Source: Kudoa neothunni (Eukaryota; Animalia; Cnidaria). Taken from it: 64,000 bases of DNA. The first letter of the stretch is position 1. Each line of letters opens with the position of its first letter. The translations under genes and the position numbers were made by a program. The stretch lies in assembly GCA_964304625.1 (NCBI GenBank), contig OZ199840.1, positions 10,115,220 to 10,179,219 of the forward strand, read 5' to 3'. Below are positions 52,491 to 64,000 of the stretch, in pieces. Under the pieces are notes generated by a model that was not told the DNA's origin, did no database searches, and saw only the letters and a list, made by a program, of their open reading frames with translations.

Positions 52491-52853
52491 TCAACAAACT
52501 GATAGACTATTAATTTGGCTAATTCTATTGCGCAGCTTTTCAATCTTATTTCTACAAAATATGATGGCCTCATCTAGTGACATCTCAAGAAAAAATCCAT
52601 ATCCAATAGAGACCATCACCTTTGATGGATTATTCAGATGGGATTTTTGAAATATTCCAAGTCCAATATTGTTAATCATTTCAAATGGTGGTGTGGTGGT
52701 GGATGAGCATTTGATTTTCTCCATCCGAACACTCAACGTTTCCAATAATTCTATCCAGTTGTAGCATTCCATCTCAAACTGTTGAATTTTTTTTGATGTA
52801 ATTAATGAATATGTGGCATCATTAGATGCCGGAGGGTCGTGGCTGTTAGGCAT
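52491..52853 (-). CDS. UXT: Prefoldin alpha-type subunit, UXT-like (3' end probably spliced)
   Basis: NIGLGIFQKSHLNNPSKVMVSIGYGFFLEMSLDEAIIFC matches the UXT/prefoldin-alpha hairpin motif. Confidence 0.7.
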   Translation of the reverse strand: MPNSHDPPASNDATYSLITSKKIQQFEMECYNWIELLETLSVRMEKIKCSSTTTPPFEMINNIGLGIFQKSHLNNPSKVMVSIGYGFFLEMSLDEAIIFCRNKIEKLRNRISQINSLSVC

Positions 52854-53647
52854 TACTTAAAGAATTTGTATGCGCGATTTGAATAAGGTCACATTATACT
52901 AACACGCTTGCGCACCAATCTGGATGTGAATAACGATTTTCTTATGCTTAAGTTCGATGATTGTTCGTACAAGAAAACTTTGTTATATAACAGCTAAAAT
53001 TAAGTTTAACTGAGGAAGAATTATTAAAACTTGTCAAAAAACTTTTCAATTGATATTTTTTAAATTCTCTCCGTTATGGGAAGTGAATCAAACAATCGAG
53101 ATAGAGCTAGTTGAATGAAGGCCTTCATTTTAACATTCATGATATTTTTTATTTATTGGTTTGATAACATCAAATTATCCATTTGTGGACAATAAGTTCA
53201 CATGATTTTGACCCTCACATTTTGCCTCATATCATCGTCAAAAATATTTTCGCCATCTTCGATCTAATTTAAAAAAATTAATTTGATATACATAAAATTT
53301 TATTCTGAGACTATTTCTAATGTGGAGTATCTTTCTTATTTCTGCTTGGTTCATAAACTGCTTATAAGTTTATAATTGCAGTTTTTTACTACTGTCAAAT
53401 ATTTTTAATTATCAATACAATTAGTAATAATTTCTGGCGTAATACTCCCTCAAAATTTAGTTAATGTCAAGATTGAGTTTAGTAAGGTATATTTCTCGAT
53501 CGTAGAATCTTCACATAAAAACGTGTGCTTGGTCAGTGTACTCCTATACCTACTTTTAGTGAATTTAATGAGGCCTAAATTATGCGTTGTAGAATATTAG
53601 TTGTATTTTAGGGAGGAAAAAATCAGATATTTTAAAAAAAATCAATA

Positions 53648-54710
53648 TTCTTAGGATGAAGAGGATGTTGATACAACAAATGTAAACCTTTTCTGTTATC
53701 ATCTATTATTTTTGGTTCAACTTTATCGTTATGCCTATAAATATAACACAAATCAACTATATTTTTTTTTAATTTTATTCACGCGATAGATGTTAACTCA
53801 TTTAAAACGTCTAGGATTTGGAAATCTACTAGTAAAAACTGATGGGAGTTTATCCATATTTAAAGAAGAATGACCGTAAAACAGTCATTCCTTGTTTGGA
53901 TGCTTTTTCCTTTATATTCCGACTTCATCCTTTAAAACATAACAAATTTTTTGTAACTTCTCAGAAAAAATTGCAGTTTCATCAATGTTTATAACGTCTT
54001 CAAGACTATATGCCTTAACCAAATTAATGGTTTCAACAATCCATGAGTCAACAGAAGAAATATCTGCATTCGCAGCCTCACCATGAAACATTTTGAAGGC
54101 TGCCCATATCTTGACGTGGACCCTTTGCCATCCCTAACTAAACTTAGAATTGGATATTTCTTTTTTATTTGTTATGTATAAATCAATTTCTGTAATGGCA
54201 TTTCTCGGCAGAACATCATTCACTCGTTGCTTAACAAACCAATCATACAACTCAACATTTATATTTCTGAATCTGCCTGAAAAATGTCTCTACCTTTTAG
54301 TTTCAATATCCCCATTTTCGAATTTATCTTCGCGTGAAAGAATTCTGTCAATTTTTAAATGATCTTATATTAATATTCAACATAGATCATCACAATATTC
54401 AATTTAAACTTAAAAATTGTCATTTTTTGAATTATAATAACCAACAATTTCTCTTTTATCTGATATACTACGTTTTAACGGGACATAATGAAGAAAACAT
54501 TCTTATTATTAAATAGATCGGCCACAAAAGCCACGCAATAAAAAGTTTCCACGCAATACCGAGATTATACATAAATGAAATATTTATTTTATTTTTAATG
54601 TTAGCCAGGTTTACATAATGATAAAATAATAACAATAACATAAAATTAAGTTTCTCTCTAAAAAGAAAAACGTTGAAATTTTGGAATTACACAATATCCG
54701 ATATCGACTG
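53648..54710 (-). mobile_element. Duplicated copy of the Tigger remnant at 47633-48696
   Basis: Near-identical reverse complement. Confidence 0.85.
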
Positions 54711-54714
54711 TATT

Positions 54715-57700
54715 TTATAAATCGTAGGCAACATCTTTGGGACGCCTTGAGTAAACCGCAATGCCGACAACCACAAAAATTGAAGCCACAATTGGTATCA
54801 GACCATAAATGCTAAAACAATTATATAAATAATTCACGCTTGTATTTACAGGTATGGGACGAGAGATCTATTTAAAAGTTAGATTTAAATAATTGGACTA
54901 AAAGCTACGAGTTGATATTCTTCGCAGCTGCATGTTCTTGTTTCTGCTTACTATCTAATCAAGATCGGATAATCTTATAATTATATCATAAATTTTTTAC
55001 TAAACATAAATTTTATAAAAATTTGACAAAATTATTTTTTATCCACCCTGTTTCAACCATTTTGATAACTTTTTGAAAAATATCATCTATATCGACGTTC
55101 TCATGTTCACTTCTTATTTGTTGTTCTTCTATTAATCATTGAGTAATTTTGTTTTTTTATTAATTACTAATAAAAATATAATCATAACAAAAATAATTAT
55201 AGTAATTACCCTGTTGATTTTGGAGGTTTTGAATCTTTTTTTGTAAATAAATATTAAATATTTCAATATAAGAAATATTTAATTTACATAAAATTGCATA
55301 ATTTTCATAATTAGAATAATCCTTCACTTTTACTGAAAGTACATAATCTTTATTCTTCGACAACTTATTAATTTCGATGTCACATCCGTTGGCTGAACAC
55401 TCCTCGTCATCATTACACCAAGTGTTTGTTGATAATATTTGACCAGCAGATGTTTTCTCTTTTAGTATGAATGGACATTTACTCTTGGAGTTCCTCTCAT
55501 CAAAATCCACACGAATTTTCAATTCAGTGCCGTCTTTATAATTATAACTAACCGATGTTTCCCCACTAACTAAATTCCGCTATATTTATTTAACTGCTGA
55601 ATTTGTCATACCCGTGGTAATATTATAGGTTTTAACCTTCTTCCCATCAGATGGTTCCACAGTCATATTGTAGGTCTTTCCTAATTCTAGGTTAATTATA
55701 TAAAACTCACTGTGGCATTTGTTTTCACAAGTTCCCAATCCCTCACAAGTGGCCATATATTTTTTATCAGCTCCGCCTTGTTTCTCAAGATAGACTCTAC
55801 AAATTGGTAAGGAGTGTTCAGATTGAAATGGTGTGACTGTAGCCGTTCTATTTTGAATTTTTGCACTTTCATTGCTAATATTTAGATCGGTCCCATCGTC
55901 TAAACTGATTTAGATGTTGAGAATATTAAATAAGATCTACTTGTTCTAAATATTGCTTTCTTGATGTATTTTTCCGTGAAACCAAGGTTGGTAATTTCTA
56001 CTGAAATCACGTAACTCGAACCAGCCTCCAAAGAAACAATGGAATAAGAAACTTCGCAATCAGTATTACAGTTTGAGTTTGAACAATGAGCCCTGGTTTC
56101 TGCGGGAATGACACTGTCTTTATATATATTTATTGTACACGCTGGAACATTAGTGCCAGAGTGTAGAGTTTTGTAGGATTCAAGTCCATTAAGTTTTACT
56201 CCTGAGCTGGTTATCTCAGTTAAAGTAAAACCACTGTCACCTCCTATAAAATGTTAGTGATAAGGTTGAAAAATTCGTTTACTTATGTAGTATTGTTTGA
56301 ATTTTTTGTTATCAAATCTTCTCGTGACGGTTACACCAACTTTTTCAGATTCTTCCGTCAAATTAATAATGCCATCTTGACAAAGTTGATAACAACCATC
56401 TTCAACGTTTTCACATTTATTCAAAATAACCTCTACTTTGTCTGCACCTTCATTGTTGACTTGAAACACTTTGATATGACACATTTCATCATTGTATGGG
56501 CCTGGTGAGAAACTTATATGAAGTTGTTTGTGGTTTCCATCAACTCCACTAATGGAAAATATAATATCGGATTTCAAGGCAATAGTTTCATTCAAGTATG
56601 TATTATTAGTGTAATAGATTATTCTTGGCCACATATCTGTAGAATCAATATTGTAATAACTCATGAATCTATCTATTGGCAACGAAGCAGAATTTGTCGT
56701 TATGGTATCTGAGTAACTTGATAGATTTAACCCATCTTTTTGAGATTTGTTGAATTCATCATTAATACCATCGACTTGGATTTCCCAATTTGTCACTGAG
56801 TTAGATTTATAAGAAAATTTAATTTTGCCATCCGTATGGCCCAAAGAATATATTTGTTTATGTTTGTAATCTATTAAATAAAATCATTATTTTAAAATAA
56901 ATTAGTTATTGAATTATAAACAATTTTGTAATAGAAATTAATAAATATGATTATTAATTACCCCATTTTAATTGAGAAAACATTTCTTTTTTTACATTTT
57001 TTTGCTTCTTCATCACTTGGGCCGTAACAAACCACTACGTATCGATCAATTTTTGAGTTGATATATCCAATCTCAGCATTATTAGAATTACACTCCATCA
57101 AGCAAAATTCGTTACCTTCTGAGTTGCATGATGGTTTTACGAACGCAGTGTTATCAAATTTTGATAATTTTACTGCACATTTAATGTCAGTTGAAAATTG
57201 GGAAAGTGATATAGAGAATTTATCCTGTTCACTCTTTTCTTTTGTGACGAATCCTTGTTGAAATTTCCCACCTCGGGTAAATGCTACAAAAATATTTACC
57301 CGAAAAATAAAATTAATAAATTTTACCGGGAATATCAATCTTAAATGGCTTTGATTTCCCCTCTACATAAATTAGCAACCGATAATTAAATTTTTTGTTG
57401 TATAAATTGTTAGTGAAACTAATATTATTGCATTTTTTGTTTTTTGAATCAGTGTTTTCACATTCAATACACGACTCCACTATTTTAGTCGGCGAAGCTA
57501 AATAATATTATTATCGTAATATAATATATCGAACTACTGTTATTTCCTCCGTGCTTATATAATTGATAATGGCAATTTGAATTACTAGCGTCAGAGATAT
57601 TTCCAATAGGATCTATAACAAGTAGGTTTTTCTTTGTTTCATCTGAGACTTTAAATGTAACGCTGTCACCAGCTATATATTATTTATTATATATTAATTA

Positions 57701-60700
57701 ATATTTTATACTTATTTTTTGGTTTTCAATAATTTTAACATTATAATTTTCCACTCGGCACTATTTTGATACTATACATGACATCAGAATAAAGACCCTT
57801 GATAGTGAAAGAAGAGCCGCACGTATTTACGCACAAATTATTATCTGAACATATAGCTGGATGAAAACCGTTCTTAGAATCTTTTTCTTTCACGTAAATA
57901 GTGCATAGCTCGATACCACTGCGGAGTTAGGAGTGAATGTGAATCCATCTGTACTTGGAGTCAACGAGATCTCTTGAGATGAAATATCAGTTAATTGAGC
58001 TACGTAAAATATAGTAAAGCAGCAATTATAATAAAGAATACTTATTTTATGATAGAAATATTTTCTTGGTTTGTAATGAGGTATGTTTGTTATGGTTACC
58101 ATGATATCGTTGGACAAAACAGATGCTACCGGTGTTATTTCCATCTCGGAGAACCGCAAGAGGGGGGAGAGACATCTGTCCTTCCATTTTCACTAATTAA
58201 TGGAGCATAAGTATTCCATATCTTCAATGAGCATGTGACCGATTGACCATCTTCATTCTTATTGTTAGCACTAATGCTAATTTTGATATTTTGACCGGAA
58301 GTTACCGCAGAAGTATCATTTCCATGTTTAACTAAATGAACTTATTATTTTAAAATAATTATATTGTTACGTAAATAAATGTTGTTTTGGTAACCAATGA
58401 CAGGTATCATTCCATGTTTAAGGACACGTACTTTTACTGCTTTCACCCTTTCTGGTACATCCCCGAAAGTGATTTCACTACAGAGACTATAAAAGCAGTT
58501 AGCTCTGTTTGCACAACTGTTCGAAAAAAATTGATTTGAGGCTGAGAATGTTGCGTCTATCCATTCAAAAGCACATATTTCAGAAGGATTCTCATTAGTT
58601 AATTTAACAGTAAGCCTTTTATTCTCCTCGCTAACACCCAGCTCATAGTAAAATCTACTGAAAACAGGTGCGTGGGTTTTCACAAATGTATTGTCATAAA
58701 AATAATGGAAATCAAAATAATTATGACAATCTATGTGATAATCCTGTGTAAGTTCACCAAACTTTAGGGAGTAATGTTTATATGTAGGAGTGGAGCCATC
58801 TTCGGTTATAGTTTCAGAGTCACCGTTTTGCTCTTGTGAATCCGCATGAAATTTACATGATTGTGTAGATTTGCTCGTTCCCAGTTTTATTTTGTCTCCA
58901 TCTATCTTTGCTACGTAGCTAATTTCCTCGTAATTATCTTGAAAAAATTACACTTATCAATATTTATTTTTATTTTTTACCTATATAGTATGAAAAAACC
59001 CTCCCTTTCTTGTACGTTTTAGTAGATTGAGTTCGCGCTGATGCATCTGGAACAGGTTTGGCTTCTCGTCCACCCTCACCCATTTCTTCAGATTTTCTGA
59101 TTGGAGGAGTATTGATTGTTTCAATAAGCTCATAAGTGAATGAAATATAATTTAATCTATACTGAGAAATAGGCGTAATATCAAATTCAGTACCAAGTTC
59201 GCTGCAGAGTTTTTTTTGGTTTCCACTACTTCCATCAACAACCTCATAACCGGTTAAGGCAGTATTGGATCTTTGCACAGTGCACTCTGTATTAGATACG
59301 CCGGTTGGTTCACCTTTAAATTTAACGGAGTACCCACCAGTTTGTGCATTGTATCTTAGAATCATACCATCGTCGGCTTTTTCTTCTTGTTCGTTTACTA
59401 AAAATGTTAAGTTAAAATCTAGCTTATAATTATTACTCGTTATTTCTCTCTCAACTGGTTTAGCTTTATCTTGATTTATCAATACGATTTTATAAGTAAC
59501 ACCAGTATTAAGTTCAACCCACTGAATATCTAATGTTTTATCCCCATGTGTGGCCACATTATTTTGACAAGCGCCATCCAAACAATCAATAATCATTTTA
59601 TTGGATGTTTTTTCGACAATAAAATAAGCCCATGAATTTCCTAAAGTTTCGCCTGTCTCCACAGTCATAGTAAACTTAACCGTCTTTTCTGCTTCTTTAT
59701 TTTCTGAAGAGGCAGTGAGTGTTACTCCAGTAGCTATTAGGGAGGTAAATAGAAAATTTTAGATGTGGTATTACTTGTTGCTTGTTCACTTTCAACACAT
59801 GTATATCCCTTGGTGCACAAGGTTATTTTTATATGTTGTTTTTGGGTCAAGGTTAATAATATTGAAAGGACCAGTACAAGTATCATAGCAAAAGGTTTTA
59901 CTTCCATTTTTGTCGCATGTAGCAGGATATTTTGAAGATGCATCCTCCGCTACCGAGTAGTAAAGTTCGCATTTTTCCACTGAATTAATTCCATTTTCGA
60001 AAAGATTGGATGAAGTTAAGGTTAATTTTGTATGTTCGTTTGTATCAGCTTCTGGATTAAGTTGTTTATTATTAGCAAATTGAATTCCTATTTTACAGTT
60101 AAAAGACAATTATTTTATATGAATACCTTCGGTTTTGAAATAAATATATCTATGATAATGTTCTAATTCAGGAGAATCTATGGTGGTGAGTTTGGTTATT
60201 TTCAGTTTCAAAATATATTCTGTTAATGGTTTAAGTCCTGTAATTGTGATTGAGTTAAAACTCTTACATTCATTTCCTGTTGTACAAGTTGGATTTACGC
60301 CATCAGCTTCAATTCCAAGATATTTTTCTACAATTTTCATTTCAGTCATTTCAGATTGACTTACGTCGGCAGCGCCCTCATTTTTATTCAAATTGGATAA
60401 ATTAATAGTGGCTTGATTCTTATTATCAATGGTTACACTGGGTTGAGTTTTGCCAACTAATCTAATGTTAAATTTAATTTTTCATATAAATATTACATGT
60501 CACAAGCTGTATAAATTCTTTTGTGGTTTGGTTTACTTGAGACACGACAATGACTTGAGCAAACTTCAAATCTGAATCATGGCGGAGAGTAGCTTTGTAG
60601 CAAGGTTGGAAACATGGTCCAGCTTTGCTCATGTCTGAACAACGAGATGAAAAATGAGATTCATTTATTTCTTTTATTCCAAAGTAACAAATTTTGGATG

Positions 60701-61522
60701 GTTCCGGATTTTGAAGTTGTAAAGTGTAAAATTTTCCATCTTGAGTATCCTTTGATCCAGTTGCGATAAACCAATCTTGACTAGGTTTATTCGGATTCAG
60801 AATTATTTGAGGAGATCGGTTGTTAAACTCAATTACAGATGTAGTTTCATATGGTAATGAACTTAGTTTAAGAGCCTTCTCAACAAATTTATTATCATGT
60901 TGATTTTCAGTAGTTTCGGTTGTGCCATCAACAATAAAATTGAAGCCATCATTTACTTTTGTTTTAACGGATATATTAAATTCATTATTTTCCTTTTTGG
61001 CTTTAATATCGGTTTTTATATAAATATCTATATAAATATTTTTATAAGAATCATTAAAAATCACAGATACCTCTTAGTGAGAATACTCTTTTGTTAATAC
61101 ACTTTTTTACTTCTGTATCATCCTTTCCTTGGCACCATCTTACAAACATTATTTTCTCTATTTCTGTCCTATCTATTTTAAAGTCGAGCTCTTTACAATC
61201 ATAGAGACATAAATTTGAAGCTTCATCCTTAGTTGAGCTTGTTGTGACGATGCTACATGTTGTAAATGCCCTTAGGACTGATTCCTGCCTATGATAGTAC
61301 TGAAGTGCACATTTTCTATGACTATTTTCAATATTGTATCCAGTGATGGAAATTTTGTATTTTTCTTCATTATTTAAATAAATTAACTTTAATATATTGT
61401 TGTCAATATTATTTTTAACATTTTCATCGAGAGACGCTAAACAATAAATAACAAATTAATTTTTAGCATAAAATACCTTTAAAAATAAAGATAAATTTTA
61501 TAAAAACATATGTCAGTAGCAT
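54715..61522 (-). CDS. Paralogue C of the large FN3-like surface protein (frameshifted as assembled; possibly a pseudogene)
   Basis: Same exon structure as B and leader MLLTYVFIKFIFIFK. Single-base indels versus B near 59826, 58156, 57907 and 56961. Confidence 0.7.
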
Positions 61523-63249
61523 AATATGTTTCTGAATGGTTTGAGTCGTTAGACGAAAAATTATACCAATTTACTACTGTGATACTCGATTGTTTTCATT
61601 AAAAAAAAGAAAAATAAATCCTATTAGGTATCTAATCAATGGGTATTAATTAATTTCATCAAATAAAATTGCTACTAGAAGGAATAACTCCGAATCTAAG
61701 AATCCAGTTAAAATTTGAAATTCATATTTTTAATTAATGATTTTTGCTTTCAAAACCTAAATACCTTAACTTGAGGTTAATGGCAAATTTTTCTTATTAT
61801 TTAATAGAGTTAGATAAAAAAAAGAAGTTTATATGTATATGTACCAGATATACATATTTAATCCAATTAGGGTTGATATCCATAAGGGAAAAATTTTGAC
61901 CAAGGAATGTCCACGAATGCTGAAAATAACCCTTTAGATCACCGTTTTCCCACATGGGGTTCAGGAGTCGTTCTATAATACATTTAAAAATTAATCTTAA
62001 TTTATTCATTTCTTAATTTTTGATAGTTTCCGTTTAAATCATGTAAGAACGTAATGCGTGTAATAATATCTTTTGTTGTTTAGTTTATTTGATTCTATGA
62101 AATGGCGCAGCAAAATAATAGTTAATATTAAGTCTATTCAACCTCCAAAGTCTATCACTCGCTATTTTCATGTAAAATCGCAGCTTTGTTATCTTTTAAA
62201 GTAACATATTTATATGCTGAGGCTGTAATTAGGTTGTCATCATTTTTTTCTATTTAGAAATAATCTATGTCCTCAAAAATAAAACTACGATATAGTTTAA
62301 ACTGTATATTATCCATTATATTACTTTTTAAGTTTCACGCTCAAATTTGTACCTGGCCTCTGGTATGAATTTTAGCTAAATTTTCTTTATAAACGTTGGT
62401 ACAACGAAAATCAGAGCATTCATTTATACATTTAAATAAATGAATGCTAATTTTAATAAAATAATTAGTTATTTTTATTCAGGTACATTATAAAGGCATC
62501 TGTTTTGAATTTCCTGAATGATTAAATTAAAATCTAACTCGATATGGAATATGGAATTCGTTGGGTTTTTCCGCACAAGATGGTATATGAGGCAGGTTCC
62601 TCGACTTTATTGTGTATAAATTAAAAGTATCGGAATTCCTTGAACCCCCAAACGATTTAAAAGTACCATTTCCAAACAGTGTTCCACGCTTTGAATTCCT
62701 TATCAAAAATCGGCGAGAGCGAGAAGGCTGCCAGATTAATTAAACACCAAATAACATTTTTTTGAAAAGGGGAGTTTTTTGTGAACTATATGGATTGATT
62801 ATAATTATTTGGCCTATTTAAATTGCTCCTTTAAGTACAGAACTTAATCAAGCGACTGTAATTTTTATTAATATAACCTAGTATTATTTTTATATAAATT
62901 TTTTGTTTTTAATATTTCAAAATAATTATAATAACATTTTTAAGTTGGGATTGTTTATTGCTCTACATAAAAATGGTATGTTCAAGCAGGAATAAATAAT
63001 AGCTTCAATCGTTGAGTGTTAAGTCATGGGGCTGGAAAAGATATTTTTTCTATTGATGCCTTTAAAAAAATCGTAAAATTAGGAAGTTAAAATATCATTT
63101 AAATAATAGATCAAATTAAACCTTGACTTTGACATGGTGGAGGGGACGCGAGTGTAAAATTTGTAGGGAAACACTGCTCTATGGCATATGCAATACAAAG
63201 AGTTAAAAATATTTCAGATTGCTTTCTTATATTCATTACAAATGGATTG

Positions 63250-64000
63250 TGCTATGAGGCCATGAAGCATACAAATTCATTTGAAAGCTAAGATCAATTA
63301 AAAGACTCATACATTGATCTAGATTAATTGGAGTTAAAGGGATTCTTGGGAACTCTCATTTTGGTGGGTTTACGTAAAGATTGGGAAGAGTCTTTGCGTG
63401 AACTTTTTAATCTAACGGAAGGCAGAGAAATATATCGCCAACTATTCTCCTACAATCGATTTAGACAAACACTAGGAAGAGTGCACGATAAATTTTGTCC
63501 AATTCGTCAACTTTGGAATATGTGGGTGGAAATACTTTCATCGTGTTTTTCAATTGATGATGTCACTGTTGATGAACAGTTGGTACCGTTCAAAGGAAGA
63601 TGTGTTATTCTGTTGTCTACAGATACATCAAATGTAAAGATTTCCGAAAAAACGAAGAAAAAATAGCCAAATACAATTCCATGGTACAACACAACTAAGG
63701 GTGGCGTATATACATATACAATCGATAGAATGTTGTCATCTGTTTCGACAAGAAGATTTAATAGAGAAGATGGTCAATGACCGTATTTTTCAATATTATT
63801 GATATATCATCGGTAAATGCTTTTTGATTATACAAAAATATATTCGATGATAATGTTAAACTACGCCGAACCTTTTTGAAGGATATAGCAGAAGCATTAT
63901 ATCAACCATTATTACATAAAAATCCTAAAACCAAACAAATCTGTCAAAATATCTCATCCAAAATATACCCAGACAACTGCTGAACCACCTAAAAGTCCAA
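63250..64000 (+). mobile_element. piggyBac (PGBD4-like) transposase pseudogene with internal deletion
   Basis: ELKGFLGTLILVG, DKFCPIRQLW, VTVDEQLVPFKGRC, WYNTTKGGV and RRWSMTVFFNIID motifs, with stops. Confidence 0.85.

Larger units (their letters stand above)
53648..61660 (-). repeat. Right arm of large inverted segmental duplication
   Basis: Reverse complement of ~40615-48696. Confidence 0.95.

Noticed and set aside
62415-62450. Short hairpin AGCATTCATTTAT..ATAAATGAATGCT
   Set aside because: Isolated AT-rich inverted repeat with no supporting context.

Overview
AT-rich eukaryotic DNA, probably from an animal. The ~37-50 nt GT-AG introns resemble reduced-genome parasites such as orthonectids, dicyemids or myxozoans; the taxon is only an inference. 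Contents: (1) three tandem paralogues of a secreted five-Kunitz-domain protein (1-13634, +), separated by decayed DNA transposons (Merlin, hAT, two Tigger/pogo with TIRs); (2) an EDEM3-like GH47+PA gene (13960-22573, -) with one 5.6 kb intron; (3) three paralogues (A, B, C) of an unrecognised ~1,950-aa Cys-rich, FN3-like type-I surface protein. A (-) is pseudogenised. B (+) and C (-) form the arms of a ~21 kb palindrome with mosaic identity, enclosing TMEM129 and a UXT-like gene. (4) Many Tigger, hAT, piggyBac and Tc1-like relics. The main observation: B and C can only reach their transmembrane exon in frame with GT-AG splicing if two consecutive introns are spliced as nested [D1,2] twin introns (stwintrons), where removing an inner intron creates the GT donor of the outer one. 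All exon structures are manual predictions without transcript data.
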